A stretch of 64,000 bases of DNA, taken from Nostoc sp. DedSLP01. Its GTDB lineage: Bacteria > Cyanobacteriota > Cyanobacteriia > Cyanobacteriales > Nostocaceae. Made by a program: the position numbers and the translations under genes. Of this stretch, positions 1 through 10,012 are shown piece by piece. Position 1 is the stretch's first letter; each line of letters begins with the position of its first letter. The stretch spans positions 32,001 through 96,000 of the forward strand of contig JAVRCJ020000002.1 in NCBI GenBank assembly GCA_034530875.2, in the 5' to 3' direction. Under the pieces are notes generated by a model, which worked only from the letters and a program-made list of their open reading frames with translations, made no database searches and was not told where the DNA came from.

Positions 1-1
1 T

Positions 2-529
2 ATTCAATCCTTAGAAAATGTTAAAGCTTTGTTACGAGCTGGAGCAGATAAGGTTAGTATTAATTCTGCGGCAGTACGCGAACCAGACTTGATTAATCGG
101 GCAAGCGATCGCTTTGGCAATCAATGCATAGTTGTTGCTATTGATGCCAGACGCAGGGTTAACCCGGAAAATCCAGGTTGGGATGTGTATGTACGTGGTG
201 GCAGGGAAAATACAGGCTTAGATGCCCTACTGTGGGCACAAGAAGTTGAAAAACGGGGGGCCGGAGAACTGCTAATCACAAGTATGGACGCTGATGGAAC
301 CCAAGCCGGATACGACCTAGAGTTAACCCGGGCGATTGCAGAAGCCGTAGAAATTCCAGTAATTGCTTCTGGTGGCGCAGGTAATTGCGAACACATATAC
401 GAAGCCTTAACCAAAGGCAAAGCCGAAGCAGCACTACTAGCATCTCTCTTACATTACGGGCAATTAAGCGTAGCTCAAATCAAAAATTATCTGCGCGATC
501 GCCAAATACCAGTACGCTTAGCTTCTTGA
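2..529 (+). CDS. hisF: Imidazole glycerol phosphate synthase cyclase subunit, 5'-truncated by the window edge
   Basis: [33 protein letters not shown] and PVIASGGAG motifs; frame is open from the window start. Confidence 0.97.
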   Translation: MQSLENVKALLRAGADKVSINSAAVREPDLINRASDRFGNQCIVVAIDARRRVNPENPGWDVYVRGGRENTGLDALLWAQEVEKRGAGELLITSMDADGTQAGYDLELTRAIAEAVEIPVIASGGAGNCEHIYEALTKGKAEAALLASLLHYGQLSVAQIKNYLRDRQIPVRLAS

Positions 530-641
530 ATGGTTACTATCTATTGATATTTATCAATCGTTCGCATCTATCTCAGGTTAGACACACTTCTTCAAAAGGA
601 TGTTAATATTGGTTTACATCTATTAATAAATATTAAGAAAT

Positions 642-833
642 ATGTTAATTCCTATTTTAATTTTTGATGTTGCCCTAGTGGCATGGTCGCTGCACCTTAT
701 GGAAAGAGCTTATGAGAATAAGGAATTCTCTTTAATGTTGGCAGGTACGTTGGTTGCTTTAGCGGCTGCTGCGATGTTAGTTGTTTACTTTTTAATGGGT
801 CATTGCATGACCTATTTGTTGCAAGTATCCTAG
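642..833 (+). CDS. Small two-TM membrane protein
   Basis: 63 aa, two hydrophobic helices, ATG start. Confidence 0.7.
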   Translation: MLIPILIFDVALVAWSLHLMERAYENKEFSLMLAGTLVALAAAAMLVVYFLMGHCMTYLLQVS

Positions 834-922
834 AAACATCTGAATACGGGACACATTGACGTCTCATAGCTAAAGCTTGACAAAATAGCAATAATTAAGG
901 TAAGTTATATAACGCACTGTAA

Positions 923-995
923 GGGGTTATAGCTCAGTTGGTAGAGCACCTCAATGGCATTGAGGGGGTCAGCGGTTCGAATCCGCTTAGCTCCA
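923..995 (+). tRNA. tRNA-Ala(GGC)
   Basis: GGGGTTA/TAGCTCC acceptor stem with G3-U70, D-arm AGCTCAGTTGGTAGAGC, anticodon stem CCTCA-ATGGCAT-TGAGG, T-loop GGTTCGAATCC. Confidence 0.97.
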
Positions 996-1032
996 TTTGG
1001 ACATTAAATAATTATTGTCAGTTTTTCTCACT

Positions 1033-1071
1033 GGAAGCATAACTTTTCCGTGAGTGAAAGTTTATGCTTCC
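1033..1071. terminator. Inverted repeat downstream of the tRNA (terminator or processing hairpin)
   Basis: GGAAGCATAACTTT ... AAAGTTTATGCTTCC. Confidence 0.5.
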
Positions 1072-1494
1072 AATATACCTAAAACACCGATTAACAAGCC
1101 GCATCGAATCTACGACTATATGGCGTGACTGCCTACGCGGGAGACTTGTAAGCTAATCCGTCTTTCAGTTGCATAATCCTTAGCCTCAGAAAGACGCTCT
1201 GATGCAATTTGAATGATTATTAGCTTATCAGTAACAAGCACTACCAGCAAGATTTTAACGGCACGTTCCAAAACCAGTGGAGCCAGAGGTATTAATAAAA
1301 GCAATTACAAGTGTATAGCCCAAATAAAGACAGAAATATCAGTGGATCGGGTCATATAGTTAATAAAATAGTAGAAACCTGAGTTTTGGTTATGGACATC
1401 AGTATGGCTAAACAATTGCTTATTTACTATTTTATTCATGAAACATAAAGCAACTTTGAGTTAAGTAGTATGTAATAGAAAAGGTAAGATAGTT

Positions 1495-2517
1495 GTGGAA
1501 CAAGAAGAGTTAAGCTTTATTTTTGAAAGAATTCAACAGCAAATAGAAGCACTAGAGCAATACCTAACTCAATCGCCTATACAGCAGCAACAGGCTATCT
1601 CAGCGTTGAAATTTCTCAATACTTCCATACGAAATCTGGAATTTCTTCAAGAAGAAATTCAGACTAATTTAGAATTAATCAAAACGATAGAAAAATTACT
1701 ACAACAAAATGAAACATTAATATTAGAACGTCAGGTTTATCATGATTTGTTCAAATTAGCTCCTAATGCTTATTTGGTGACAAATGCAGAAGGAATAATT
1801 TTAGAAATCAATTATATGGCTGCTGTATTATTGAATGTATCTCCTAGTTTGTTAATTGGGAAATCATTGAGCAGTTTTATCGCTAAAAACGAGCAGCAAT
1901 TTTTTCTTAGCAAACTGAAGGAGTCGTTGAATGAAGAGTCTGTGCAAGAACTAGAAGTTTCCATTTATCCCCGCGATCGCCAAGCTTTTAATGCAATACT
2001 ATTAGTGAAAGCTGGGCGAGAAACTACAGGAGCTAATGGCGCATTACAGATATGCTTGTATGATATTACCAAGTACAAGCAGTTAGAATCGCCCGGACAA
2101 ATGCCCAGCTTGAGCGCAACTATAGAAAGTCCCAATCAGCTGGATGGTTTACGCATACTGTTCGTAGATGATGAAGCTGATACGCGGGATTTGATTGCGG
2201 CAGTGTTCATGCAATATGGGGTTGTAGTCACAACCGTTGCAACTGTGGCAGAAGCTTTGCAAGAATTAGAGCGATCGCAGCCTGATGTCATCATCAGTGA
2301 TGTCAGAATGCCAGATGAAGATGGTTATGCGTTAATTAGCAAAGTCAAAGCATTAGAAGCAGAAAAAGGATGGCAAATTCCTACTGCTGCAATCAGCGCT
2401 TATCATACAGAAGACAGAGTAAAAGCAATCAAAGCAGGCTTTCAATCGCATTTACATAAATTAGCACAGCCAACAGAGTTAATTGCAATGGTGGCACAGT
2501 TAGCGAACCGAGTTTAA
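1495..2517 (+). CDS. Coiled-coil + PAS + receiver (REC) protein
   Basis: PNAYLVTNAEGIILEINY (PAS); ILFVDDEAD...PDVIISDVRMPDEDGY...HLHK (REC). Confidence 0.85.
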   Translation: MEQEELSFIFERIQQQIEALEQYLTQSPIQQQQAISALKFLNTSIRNLEFLQEEIQTNLELIKTIEKLLQQNETLILERQVYHDLFKLAPNAYLVTNAEGIILEINYMAAVLLNVSPSLLIGKSLSSFIAKNEQQFFLSKLKESLNEESVQELEVSIYPRDRQAFNAILLVKAGRETTGANGALQICLYDITKYKQLESPGQMPSLSATIESPNQLDGLRILFVDDEADTRDLIAAVFMQYGVVVTTVATVAEALQELERSQPDVIISDVRMPDEDGYALISKVKALEAEKGWQIPTAAISAYHTEDRVKAIKAGFQSHLHKLAQPTELIAMVAQLANRV

Positions 2518-2520
2518 ACA

Positions 2521-2698
2521 TATAGGAATCCGGTTTGATTACTGAAATTATTTGTGTGGTGCGCGTTTGCAAAGCGTCTCGCAGAGAAGCGCAGCGCAAG
2601 TGCGATAGGCAGGGAGTAGGGAATGGGGAGTAGGGAGTGGGAAAGAAGCCTTGTTTGGGTGTACTGATTTTTTCACCAAATCAAATATGATTCCTATA
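2521..2698 (+). mobile_element. MITE with internal STRR and a nested small-repeat insertion
   Basis: Terminal inverted repeats TATAGGAATC..TTTGATT / AATCAAA..GATTCCTATA; near-identical inverted copy at 35419-35548. Confidence 0.85.
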
Positions 2699-2828
2699 TC
2701 ACCATTATTGATAATATGTGTTTACCTGCCTCTGAAACCTTGTTGCTATGCTGATTGGCTTTATTAATTTAAAGAGGCAATTTCTACTTGAGATAGAAAC
2801 TCTTTTATATAAATTACTTTGATTTTTT

Positions 2829-3137
2829 ATGTATAAAACTATCGATGATTTTGAGAAACAACAGGTAAAACTATATAGGCAAGAAATCGGCCAAAAAATC
2901 AGACAGTTTGCATATAAAGTTTATTTAGATGGAGAAGAAGCTATACAGGCAGCAAAGGAAATAAAACAAATTACCAAAATTACTCAACAGGCAAAGGAGA
3001 AAGCAAGGCTGGCTATAAAGGAAGCAAGTCTTGCCAAAGAAAAAACGCGCCAAGCTAAAGCGAAATTTCAGAGCTTAGTAAATTTATCTGGAAAAGCACA
3101 GGAGAAAAAATCGAATTTTTATGCAGATTGTAGCTAA
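2829..3137 (+). CDS. Hypothetical Lys/Ala-rich coiled-coil protein
   Basis: 102-aa ORF directly upstream of the CheB-GAF gene. Confidence 0.6.
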   Translation: MYKTIDDFEKQQVKLYRQEIGQKIRQFAYKVYLDGEEAIQAAKEIKQITKITQQAKEKARLAIKEASLAKEKTRQAKAKFQSLVNLSGKAQEKKSNFYADCS

Positions 3138-3164
3138 GTAAGAATTATTAAATTGCACTTATAA

Positions 3165-4280
3165 ATGTCTAGCAACCGACACCATGAAACATCAAAGTTT
3201 GGTATTGTAGCGATCGCTGCTTCTGCTGGAGGAGTGACAGCAATTCGCAAGGTTCTCTGTGGTTTGCCTAGCGACTTTCCTGCTCCCATCTTGTGCCTAC
3301 AACATTTGAGTCCCTTTGATACTAACGTTTTAGCACAAGTATTACAGTTACGAACCCATCTAACAGTACGCTGGGCGCATAGGGGAGAACAACTGATAGC
3401 GGGTGTGGTGTATGTGTGTCCGCCAGAACATTACTTTGTCGTTGATGTTAACGGTACAATCTCTCTGGCACAGCAAGCAACCAAACACGGCTGGCATCAT
3501 GGTGTAAATGGTTTTTTTGAGTCAGTGGCTCAGAGTTACGCAAACCGCGCTGTAGTAGTTGTGATGACTGGCACTGGCAAAGGTGGCGCAGAGGGGGTAC
3601 AGGAAGTGTCTCGCAGGGGTGGTATCGTTCTGGCTCAAGATCGAGCCAGTTCTGTTGCTTATGGAATGCCCCAAGCGGCGATTGCAACTGGTTGCGTAAA
3701 CCGAGTTTTACCCTGCGAACAAATCGCTCCATTATTAGTACGTTTGGTATGTAAGGGGTATTCTTTATCCCAAATACCGAGCAGTAACATCACATCATTA
3801 AGCACAAAGCTGCAAATATCGCCCATATTTCAAGATGCGTTGTCTGGTTTACTTGATAGAGCAGTAGCAATGCACCGTACCGATATGGGTTACATTCATC
3901 TGTTTGAGAGGCAATCATGTACGCTCGAACTCGCAGTCCAATGCGGCTTTGAACCAAGCTCATTCTCTGACTTTAGAACAGTTAACATTACCGATAATTC
4001 ACCCTGCATCAGTGCCGTGCGTACTGGAGAGTCCATCATCGTTGAAGATGTCCAAACCCATACCATGTTCATTTCTCACCGAGCGATCGCATTGGCTGCG
4101 GGATATCGTGCTGTCCAATCTACACCGTTAACCAGTAACAGTGGCAGGTTGCTTGGTGTATTGTCTACTCATTTTCGCCAACCTCGCCAATTTTTGCCGT
4201 GGGAGATGAAGCTCCTCGATATGCACGCTCGTCATGCTGGCAATCTTATAGAAGTATTTCAAACAGATATAGTTAGATAA
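3165..4280 (+). CDS. CheB methylesterase-like domain fused to a C-terminal GAF domain
   Basis: AIAASAGG, CLQHL, VYVCPP, AQDRASSVAYGMPQAAI (CheB); GYRAVQSTPL...GVLSTHFRQP (GAF). Confidence 0.88.
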   Translation: MSSNRHHETSKFGIVAIAASAGGVTAIRKVLCGLPSDFPAPILCLQHLSPFDTNVLAQVLQLRTHLTVRWAHRGEQLIAGVVYVCPPEHYFVVDVNGTISLAQQATKHGWHHGVNGFFESVAQSYANRAVVVVMTGTGKGGAEGVQEVSRRGGIVLAQDRASSVAYGMPQAAIATGCVNRVLPCEQIAPLLVRLVCKGYSLSQIPSSNITSLSTKLQISPIFQDALSGLLDRAVAMHRTDMGYIHLFERQSCTLELAVQCGFEPSSFSDFRTVNITDNSPCISAVRTGESIIVEDVQTHTMFISHRAIALAAGYRAVQSTPLTSNSGRLLGVLSTHFRQPRQFLPWEMKLLDMHARHAGNLIEVFQTDIVR

Positions 4281-4283
4281 CCT

Positions 4284-7200
4284 CTACGCGATCGTAGGCA
4301 ACTTAACGCTAAAAATTGTACCCTGACCGATACCAGGACTGTGAGCCGCGATTGTACCGCCGTGGAGTTCCACCAAACTACGGGCGATCGCCAGCCCTAA
4401 CCCTAGCCCTTTTTTTGTGCTTGGGGCTTGACTAAATGTCTCAAAAATGTATGGTATAAACTCGGCATCTATGCCACAGCCTGTATCTGTGACTGTAATT
4501 TCAGCTCGATCCTCGTGGCTTTGCAAACCAATTTCGATTTTTCCGCCATTCGGAGTAAATTTAACGGCATTGGTCAGTAAATTTAAGATGATTTGCTGCA
4601 AACGTTCAGAGTCGCCTTGTATTATTACTGGTGAAGGAGCAAGCTGACAGTTTAGACGAATATTTTTGGTCTGCAAAGATTGTTGCACTGTAGCGATCGC
4701 CCGATCGATTGCTTCTTGCAGTTCTACTGGCTCTTGATTTAAGTAAATTTTCCCCGCAGTAATCCGCGAGATATCAAGCAAATCTTGGACAAGTTTGGCT
4801 TGTAGAGTAGCGTTGCGTTCAATTGTTTCCAAAGCTTTAGAGAGCATCGCTGGATTGGGCGGGTTGCTCCTGAGTAAGCGCGTCCAACCGAGAATAGCAA
4901 CTAAGGGGGTATTCAGTTCGTGAGAAACTACAGATAGTACTTCATCCTTGCGGCGGTTAATTGTTCTTTCTTGGTGGAGTGCCTGCGATCGCATATTAGC
5001 CATTTGCAAATAGGCATTGACACGAGTCACAAGTTCATTGGCAGAAAAAGGTTTAATTAGATAATCGTCAGCCCCAGCCAGGAGTCCTTCAACTATAGAT
5101 TCTTCTCCAGCACGGGCAGAAAGTAGAATTATCGGTATTTCTTTTGTTCGCGCATCAGTCCGTAATGCTTTCAATAACCCGAAGCCGTCTAATTCTGGCA
5201 TCATCACATCAGAAAGAACCAGATCCGGCACTTTCTGATTCACCGCCGCCAGTGCAGCCGCCCCATCAGCAACCGCTTGGACTTCTAGGTGTTCGCTTAA
5301 TATCCGCGTTAGGTAATCGCGCATATCGGCGTTGTCATCGACGATGAGAATATGGGAGGGGGAAAGGGTAGAGAAATCCTTTTTCCCTTTTCCCTTTACC
5401 CCTTCCCCTTCTTGCGGTATCCACCGTTCTGCCTCCTGGACATAAGGTACTGCGCCTAATGCAGTTGAGGAGCTTGTGGCTTGAATGCGACGTGCGCGAT
5501 CGTCCCCCGCTACGCTAACATTTGGTAGATGTACTGTGCCTAGTGGAATTGTGACCGTGAAACAGCTACCTACTCCAGGAGCGCTGGTTACGTCTATAGT
5601 TCCACCATGCAGTTTCACTAATTCATGCACTAAAGCTAGACCAATTCCCGAACCTTCATGAGTTCTGGCTTTTGCCGCGCGCACTTGGTAAAACCGCTTC
5701 ATAATATAGGGCAGTTGTTCTGGCTCAATGCCTGTACCTGTATCTTGTACTTGTAGCGTTACATGATGGTCATCAACTAAATGCAGCCTAACGGCGATTT
5801 CACCAACAAAGGTAAACTTAAAGGCATTGGAGAGCAAGTTGAGAACAATTTTCTCCCACATTTGGCGGTCTACATATACAGACTCAGCTAAAGATGGACA
5901 ATCGACGACTAGCCGCAGCCGAGCTTGTTCAATGGCGGAACGAAATACACTGGCTAACTCGGTTGTGTACAGTGCCAAGTCGGTTGGTTCATAAACTGCT
6001 TCCATACGTCCGGCTTCGATGCGGGAGAAGTCGAGTAGGGTATTAACTAGCTTCAGCAGTCTCAGCGTGTTGCGATGTACCAGTTCCAATCGTTCGCGTT
6101 GTACTTCAGGCAAGGGATTGACCCAATCGCTCAAGGCATCTTGCACCGGAGCCAGTATCAACGTTAGCGGTGTGCGGAATTCGTGGCTGACGTTGCTGAA
6201 AAAGAGGGTTTTGGCGCGATCGAGTTCTGCTAGAGTTTCGGCACGTTGGCGTTCTTGTTCGCGGGCGGATTGTTCTCGAACTCGCCTAATTTCTGATTCA
6301 CGCAATTCTGTTTCGGCATGGGCGCGGATAATGGTTGCCCAGATGCGTTCGGCAGTTTCGCGCACAAGTTCAACTTCCGCCTCTGACCACTCACGCGGCG
6401 CGGATTCGGTGACGCAGAGCGAGCCTACCAAAGCGCCTGCTTTGATTACAGGTACGGTGATATGCGCGCTAATCTTGACAGTTGCCATCGCCTCACGGTC
6501 AGCTTTGGGAACGATGTCCGAGGTTTGGGCATCCGCGACGATGATAGTTTCGCCCCTTTTCAAGAACGGCATAGTCCAGCCGTAATCCGCTAACCCATAA
6601 ACGCCTACGAGTGAGGGGAAGTCACCGCGCAAATAATTTTGATTGACGCGCGCGTAACCCTCTGCCTCATTGACTTCGACGTAGTAGGTGCGGTCAACGC
6701 CTAAATGTTCGCCCAGCAGCTGACTAGCTTGGGCTTGAATTTCAACTGGGTCGGTGAGCGATCGCAGTGCATCCGATAACTTGACCCGAAAGGCATCCAT
6801 TTGGGCCGCCCGACGCAATTTTTCTTCCGAGAGTTTACGCTCGGTGATATCAGAAAATACGATCGCCAGTTGTTTGTTTTGAGGATCGCCGTATGGATAC
6901 GCCGCTATTCGCAAGTACCGTCCGACATCGACTGGCTGAATTTCAAACTCTATCGGTTCGCCCGTTGCCAAAACCCTTTCGTAGTTTGCGAGCAACTCAG
7001 CTTCTAGATTCGGCAAAAAATCACGAGCGGTTTTGCCGATCGCGTGCTTGAATCCGCTTTGAATCTCAAATGCGGGATTGACTTCGAGAAAACGGTAGTC
7101 GATCGCCTGCCCGTCGTCATACAGCATTTCGATAATGCAAAAGCCATCGTTGACATTCTCGAATAGCGATCGATATTTCGCTTCTGATTCGCGCAAGGCG

Positions 7201-8558
7201 GCTTCGGTACATTTGCGCTCGGTGATATCTGCAAATGTAGCGGCAACGCGGCGAGTTGAACCGTAGCTCATGGGCGAAACCAGCACTTCAAACCAGCGTT
7301 TGAAAACCTCTGAATAAATTTCGCTTCGCTCAGAGGTATTCGTTTCGATGACCCGTGCGTAGAGTTCGTTGCAAAATCCCTCAACCCCCGGCATCAATTC
7401 GCTTGCCCGTTTGCCTTCGGGATTTTCTAGACCCGATTGTTGCGTGAAGGCGCGGTTGGCTTGAAGGATTACATGGTCGAAAGGCTTGCCAGATTCGTCG
7501 TCAAGCACCTCGATGATGCAAAAGCCCTCGTCGATTGACTCAAACAGCGATCGATATTTTGCTTCTGACTCGCGCAGGGCAATTTCTGCGCGCTTGCGAT
7601 CGGTAATGTCATAAGAAACCGCCAGTACCGCATATATTTCCCCATTTTCAGCCCGAAGCGGCGTTCCCCGTGAGATGTAAGTGCGATCGTGGGCATTGTG
7701 TTCGTGTTCAAACCCTTCACCTGCCAGGGCTTGACGGTACATCGGCTCGTAATACGTGGTTAATTCAGAGGGTAGTACCTCGAAAATCGTCCGTCCGACG
7801 AATTCTTCCCTTTGGAATCCGGCGATCGCTAATGCTTCGCCTTCGGCAACTAGATAGCGCAGATTTTGGTCAACGACAAACACTGCTCCACCAGGCAGAT
7901 TCGAGATCAAAGCCCGCAAACTTTCTTCTGTTAGTTTGCGTTCTACAATTTGGGCTGTCTTAGCCGCATTCGCCGCCTGTAATTCTTGCGTTTGGCGCGA
8001 ATTCAAGAGAGTAGCAGTAGTAAAGTCTGCCAAAAGAGTCATTACCCGTACATCTTGGGAATCAAAATGCCGAGAAATATCGTGCGACATCACCCAGATT
8101 GTGCCAAGGGTATGATTATCGGCAATTAGAGGTAACACTAACGCTTCTACAATCTGCGTGTTGCCTGCCTGTAAAGGAGTAAAATACCGTTCGGGATGGG
8201 AGAAAAGTTGAGGACTACCGCAATCAAGACAGACACTACAGAAGCTCAAGCTACGCTTTGTAGTGCCATTTACGTACTGTGCTAATGCTCCTGCTAACAA
8301 ATGAGTGTGGAAAACTTCTTCCCCATTGGCAGTTGTCTCTAGTAAACTAATGCCTGCGCTTCCTCCACCGCATAAATTGAGTAATATATCAACTATGCTT
8401 TGGAGCAGAGTTGGTGAATTAGCCGCCATTTGCCTTGCCACCGATTCTACTGCCTGGGTTAGGGAGAGCCAGTCAGGTGTACGGGGAGAGCGTTTGAACA
8501 ACTCCTCGGTAATCAAAATATCCTTGAGTGTAAACTTTTGTGGCTCTCGTCCTGGCAT
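4284..8558 (-). CDS. Multi-sensor hybrid histidine kinase GAF-PAS(x3)-GAF-HisKA-HATPase-REC-HisKA-HATPase
   Basis: H-boxes SHEFRTPL and SHELNTPL; two NLLxNAxKFT and two GxGLGLA boxes; REC ILIVDDNAD..DVMMP; ATG 8558 preferred over GTG 8603. Confidence 0.92.
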   Translation of the reverse strand: MPGREPQKFTLKDILITEELFKRSPRTPDWLSLTQAVESVARQMAANSPTLLQSIVDILLNLCGGGSAGISLLETTANGEEVFHTHLLAGALAQYVNGTTKRSLSFCSVCLDCGSPQLFSHPERYFTPLQAGNTQIVEALVLPLIADNHTLGTIWVMSHDISRHFDSQDVRVMTLLADFTTATLLNSRQTQELQAANAAKTAQIVERKLTEESLRALISNLPGGAVFVVDQNLRYLVAEGEALAIAGFQREEFVGRTIFEVLPSELTTYYEPMYRQALAGEGFEHEHNAHDRTYISRGTPLRAENGEIYAVLAVSYDITDRKRAEIALRESEAKYRSLFESIDEGFCIIEVLDDESGKPFDHVILQANRAFTQQSGLENPEGKRASELMPGVEGFCNELYARVIETNTSERSEIYSEVFKRWFEVLVSPMSYGSTRRVAATFADITERKCTEAALRESEAKYRSLFENVNDGFCIIEMLYDDGQAIDYRFLEVNPAFEIQSGFKHAIGKTARDFLPNLEAELLANYERVLATGEPIEFEIQPVDVGRYLRIAAYPYGDPQNKQLAIVFSDITERKLSEEKLRRAAQMDAFRVKLSDALRSLTDPVEIQAQASQLLGEHLGVDRTYYVEVNEAEGYARVNQNYLRGDFPSLVGVYGLADYGWTMPFLKRGETIIVADAQTSDIVPKADREAMATVKISAHITVPVIKAGALVGSLCVTESAPREWSEAEVELVRETAERIWATIIRAHAETELRESEIRRVREQSAREQERQRAETLAELDRAKTLFFSNVSHEFRTPLTLILAPVQDALSDWVNPLPEVQRERLELVHRNTLRLLKLVNTLLDFSRIEAGRMEAVYEPTDLALYTTELASVFRSAIEQARLRLVVDCPSLAESVYVDRQMWEKIVLNLLSNAFKFTFVGEIAVRLHLVDDHHVTLQVQDTGTGIEPEQLPYIMKRFYQVRAAKARTHEGSGIGLALVHELVKLHGGTIDVTSAPGVGSCFTVTIPLGTVHLPNVSVAGDDRARRIQATSSSTALGAVPYVQEAERWIPQEGEGVKGKGKKDFSTLSPSHILIVDDNADMRDYLTRILSEHLEVQAVADGAAALAAVNQKVPDLVLSDVMMPELDGFGLLKALRTDARTKEIPIILLSARAGEESIVEGLLAGADDYLIKPFSANELVTRVNAYLQMANMRSQALHQERTINRRKDEVLSVVSHELNTPLVAILGWTRLLRSNPPNPAMLSKALETIERNATLQAKLVQDLLDISRITAGKIYLNQEPVELQEAIDRAIATVQQSLQTKNIRLNCQLAPSPVIIQGDSERLQQIILNLLTNAVKFTPNGGKIEIGLQSHEDRAEITVTDTGCGIDAEFIPYIFETFSQAPSTKKGLGLGLAIARSLVELHGGTIAAHSPGIGQGTIFSVKLPTIA

Positions 8559-8571
8559 GACACTGCTCGCT

Positions 8572-8752
8572 CTACCCTTGCAAGGTATTTTTGAATTCGG
8601 CACCAGTTATCAAAGGCAATTTAACTTTAAATGTTGCGCTTTTTCCAATTCCGGCACTGTAAGCTTTTATTGTACCCTTGTGTAATTCTACGAGTTGATG
8701 AACGATGCCTGAGGCAAGCCGCTTTAGGTCTACGCTAACCCTAAACCTAAAA
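8572..8752 (-). pseudogene. Relic C-terminus of a histidine kinase HATPase, interrupted by a 26-nt small-repeat insertion
   Basis: LGLGLA|insert|IVHQLVELHKGTIKAYSAGIGKSATFKVKLPL. Confidence 0.8.
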
Positions 8753-8849
8753 CGCTTCAACTCACCCCATACGTAGATATCCATTGCAGAGGGTTGATAT
8801 TTTAATTCAATCTTCTTAACTTGAGCTTCGCTTAATTTATCGAAACAAT

Positions 8850-9052
8850 CCAGTCTAAAACCGTACTCCGTCCCGCTACGGAAAGCGGAGCGTCTCGTTG
8901 GCGTAGCCTCTCGTAGAGAAGAGAAGACAGCCTTTTAAGGCGAAAAGTTTTTGTCACGGCGTATAAATCCTCGTTACAAAAACGGCCTCCTGCCGACGCT
9001 CGCGGACTCGCTAACGCTGCGCTATCCTGCCTCCTGCCCCCTGCCTTCGTTA
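8850..9052. repeat. Cluster of nested small dispersed repeats and STRR units in a degenerate MITE-like element
   Basis: GCGGAGCGTCTCG, GCGTAGCCTCTCGTAGAGAAG, GACGCTCGCGGACTCGCTAACGCTGCGCTA and CTGCCTC units. Confidence 0.7.
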
Positions 9053-9406
9053 AGTATCAATCTCTGGCTGGATAATTGGGGTAAGATTAACCTAGGTATT
9101 AGCTAAGCAGACTTTACCCGAAATAATGTCTATTGCGCCACTTAATTTTAAGAATATTATTAACATTATCTATACTTTTGTACTGAGCTAACATTCAAAA
9201 TCAGGTAAACCTTAACTGGGATTAATAATTTTCTACTTTGTAGAAAATTGATTTTCATCTAGAGTAGGACAAAGATACCTGCTGTGACTACATAAACAAA
9301 AGCTAGATGAAGCCTCTGGCTTCTAGCTAAAGGAAACCAACTTTATTTATTGAGAGTCTGGTTTCAAAATGGGTAACAGCACCATTCCCCATCAGCTCGA
9401 TCACCT

Positions 9407-10012
9407 ATGCTAAAAGTTATGCACTCGGCCACCAACTCAGCCACTCCAAATGCCCAGTGGGAGGATCTAATCAAGCTTCCAGCCCCAAACGCAGTTCAAT
9501 GGGACAATATCAAAACCCAATTAGACTTGGTGCTGTTAGCGCTAGAAACCTTAACTGGGATTGGTTCTGAGGCTATGCTTTCGGCGGCAACTGATTTAAA
9601 TTTAGAGTCGAGAGTGCCAGATCGTGTAGCTTTGTGGCGACTACGCCAATCAAATCCGCTACGCAAAGGTCAAGGAGGGCGAAAAAAGCTAGATGTAGAA
9701 GAAGCGCGATCGCTTGTTCTCATCACTTGCTACCTAGCCAAACAGCACCAGGAATTGATTCGCCGTGCTGTTGGCTTGTTAGAACAGATGGCAGAAAGTA
9801 ACCGCGAACCTCACCAGGCTGCTTTACTTGGAGATTATATTGATGCTTTTTGCAACACTTACCAAGAGCGTATGGAAGAGGACGAGCAAATCTCAACAGA
9901 TTTACTTACCAGCCTGGCACTAAAACTGCTTGTAGATTTACTATTTTACAGTGCCCCTGGTGGGCATCGCCGTCTTTGGCTAGCACTAATAGACCGTTCT
10001 ACAAAATTTTAA
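9407..10012 (+). CDS. DUF3038 family protein
   Basis: QLDLVLLALE..DRVALWRLRQSNPLRK..LLFYSAPGGHRRLW. Confidence 0.85.
   Translation: MLKVMHSATNSATPNAQWEDLIKLPAPNAVQWDNIKTQLDLVLLALETLTGIGSEAMLSAATDLNLESRVPDRVALWRLRQSNPLRKGQGGRKKLDVEEARSLVLITCYLAKQHQELIRRAVGLLEQMAESNREPHQAALLGDYIDAFCNTYQERMEEDEQISTDLLTSLALKLLVDLLFYSAPGGHRRLWLALIDRSTKF

Noticed and set aside
1116..1304. 62-aa minus ORF as a nuclease or integrase fragment
   Set aside because: No convincing motif and a weak start.
996..9400. Prophage or integrative element at tRNA-Ala
   Set aside because: No integrase, phage genes or duplicated tRNA 3' end found by eye; kept only as a possible islet.
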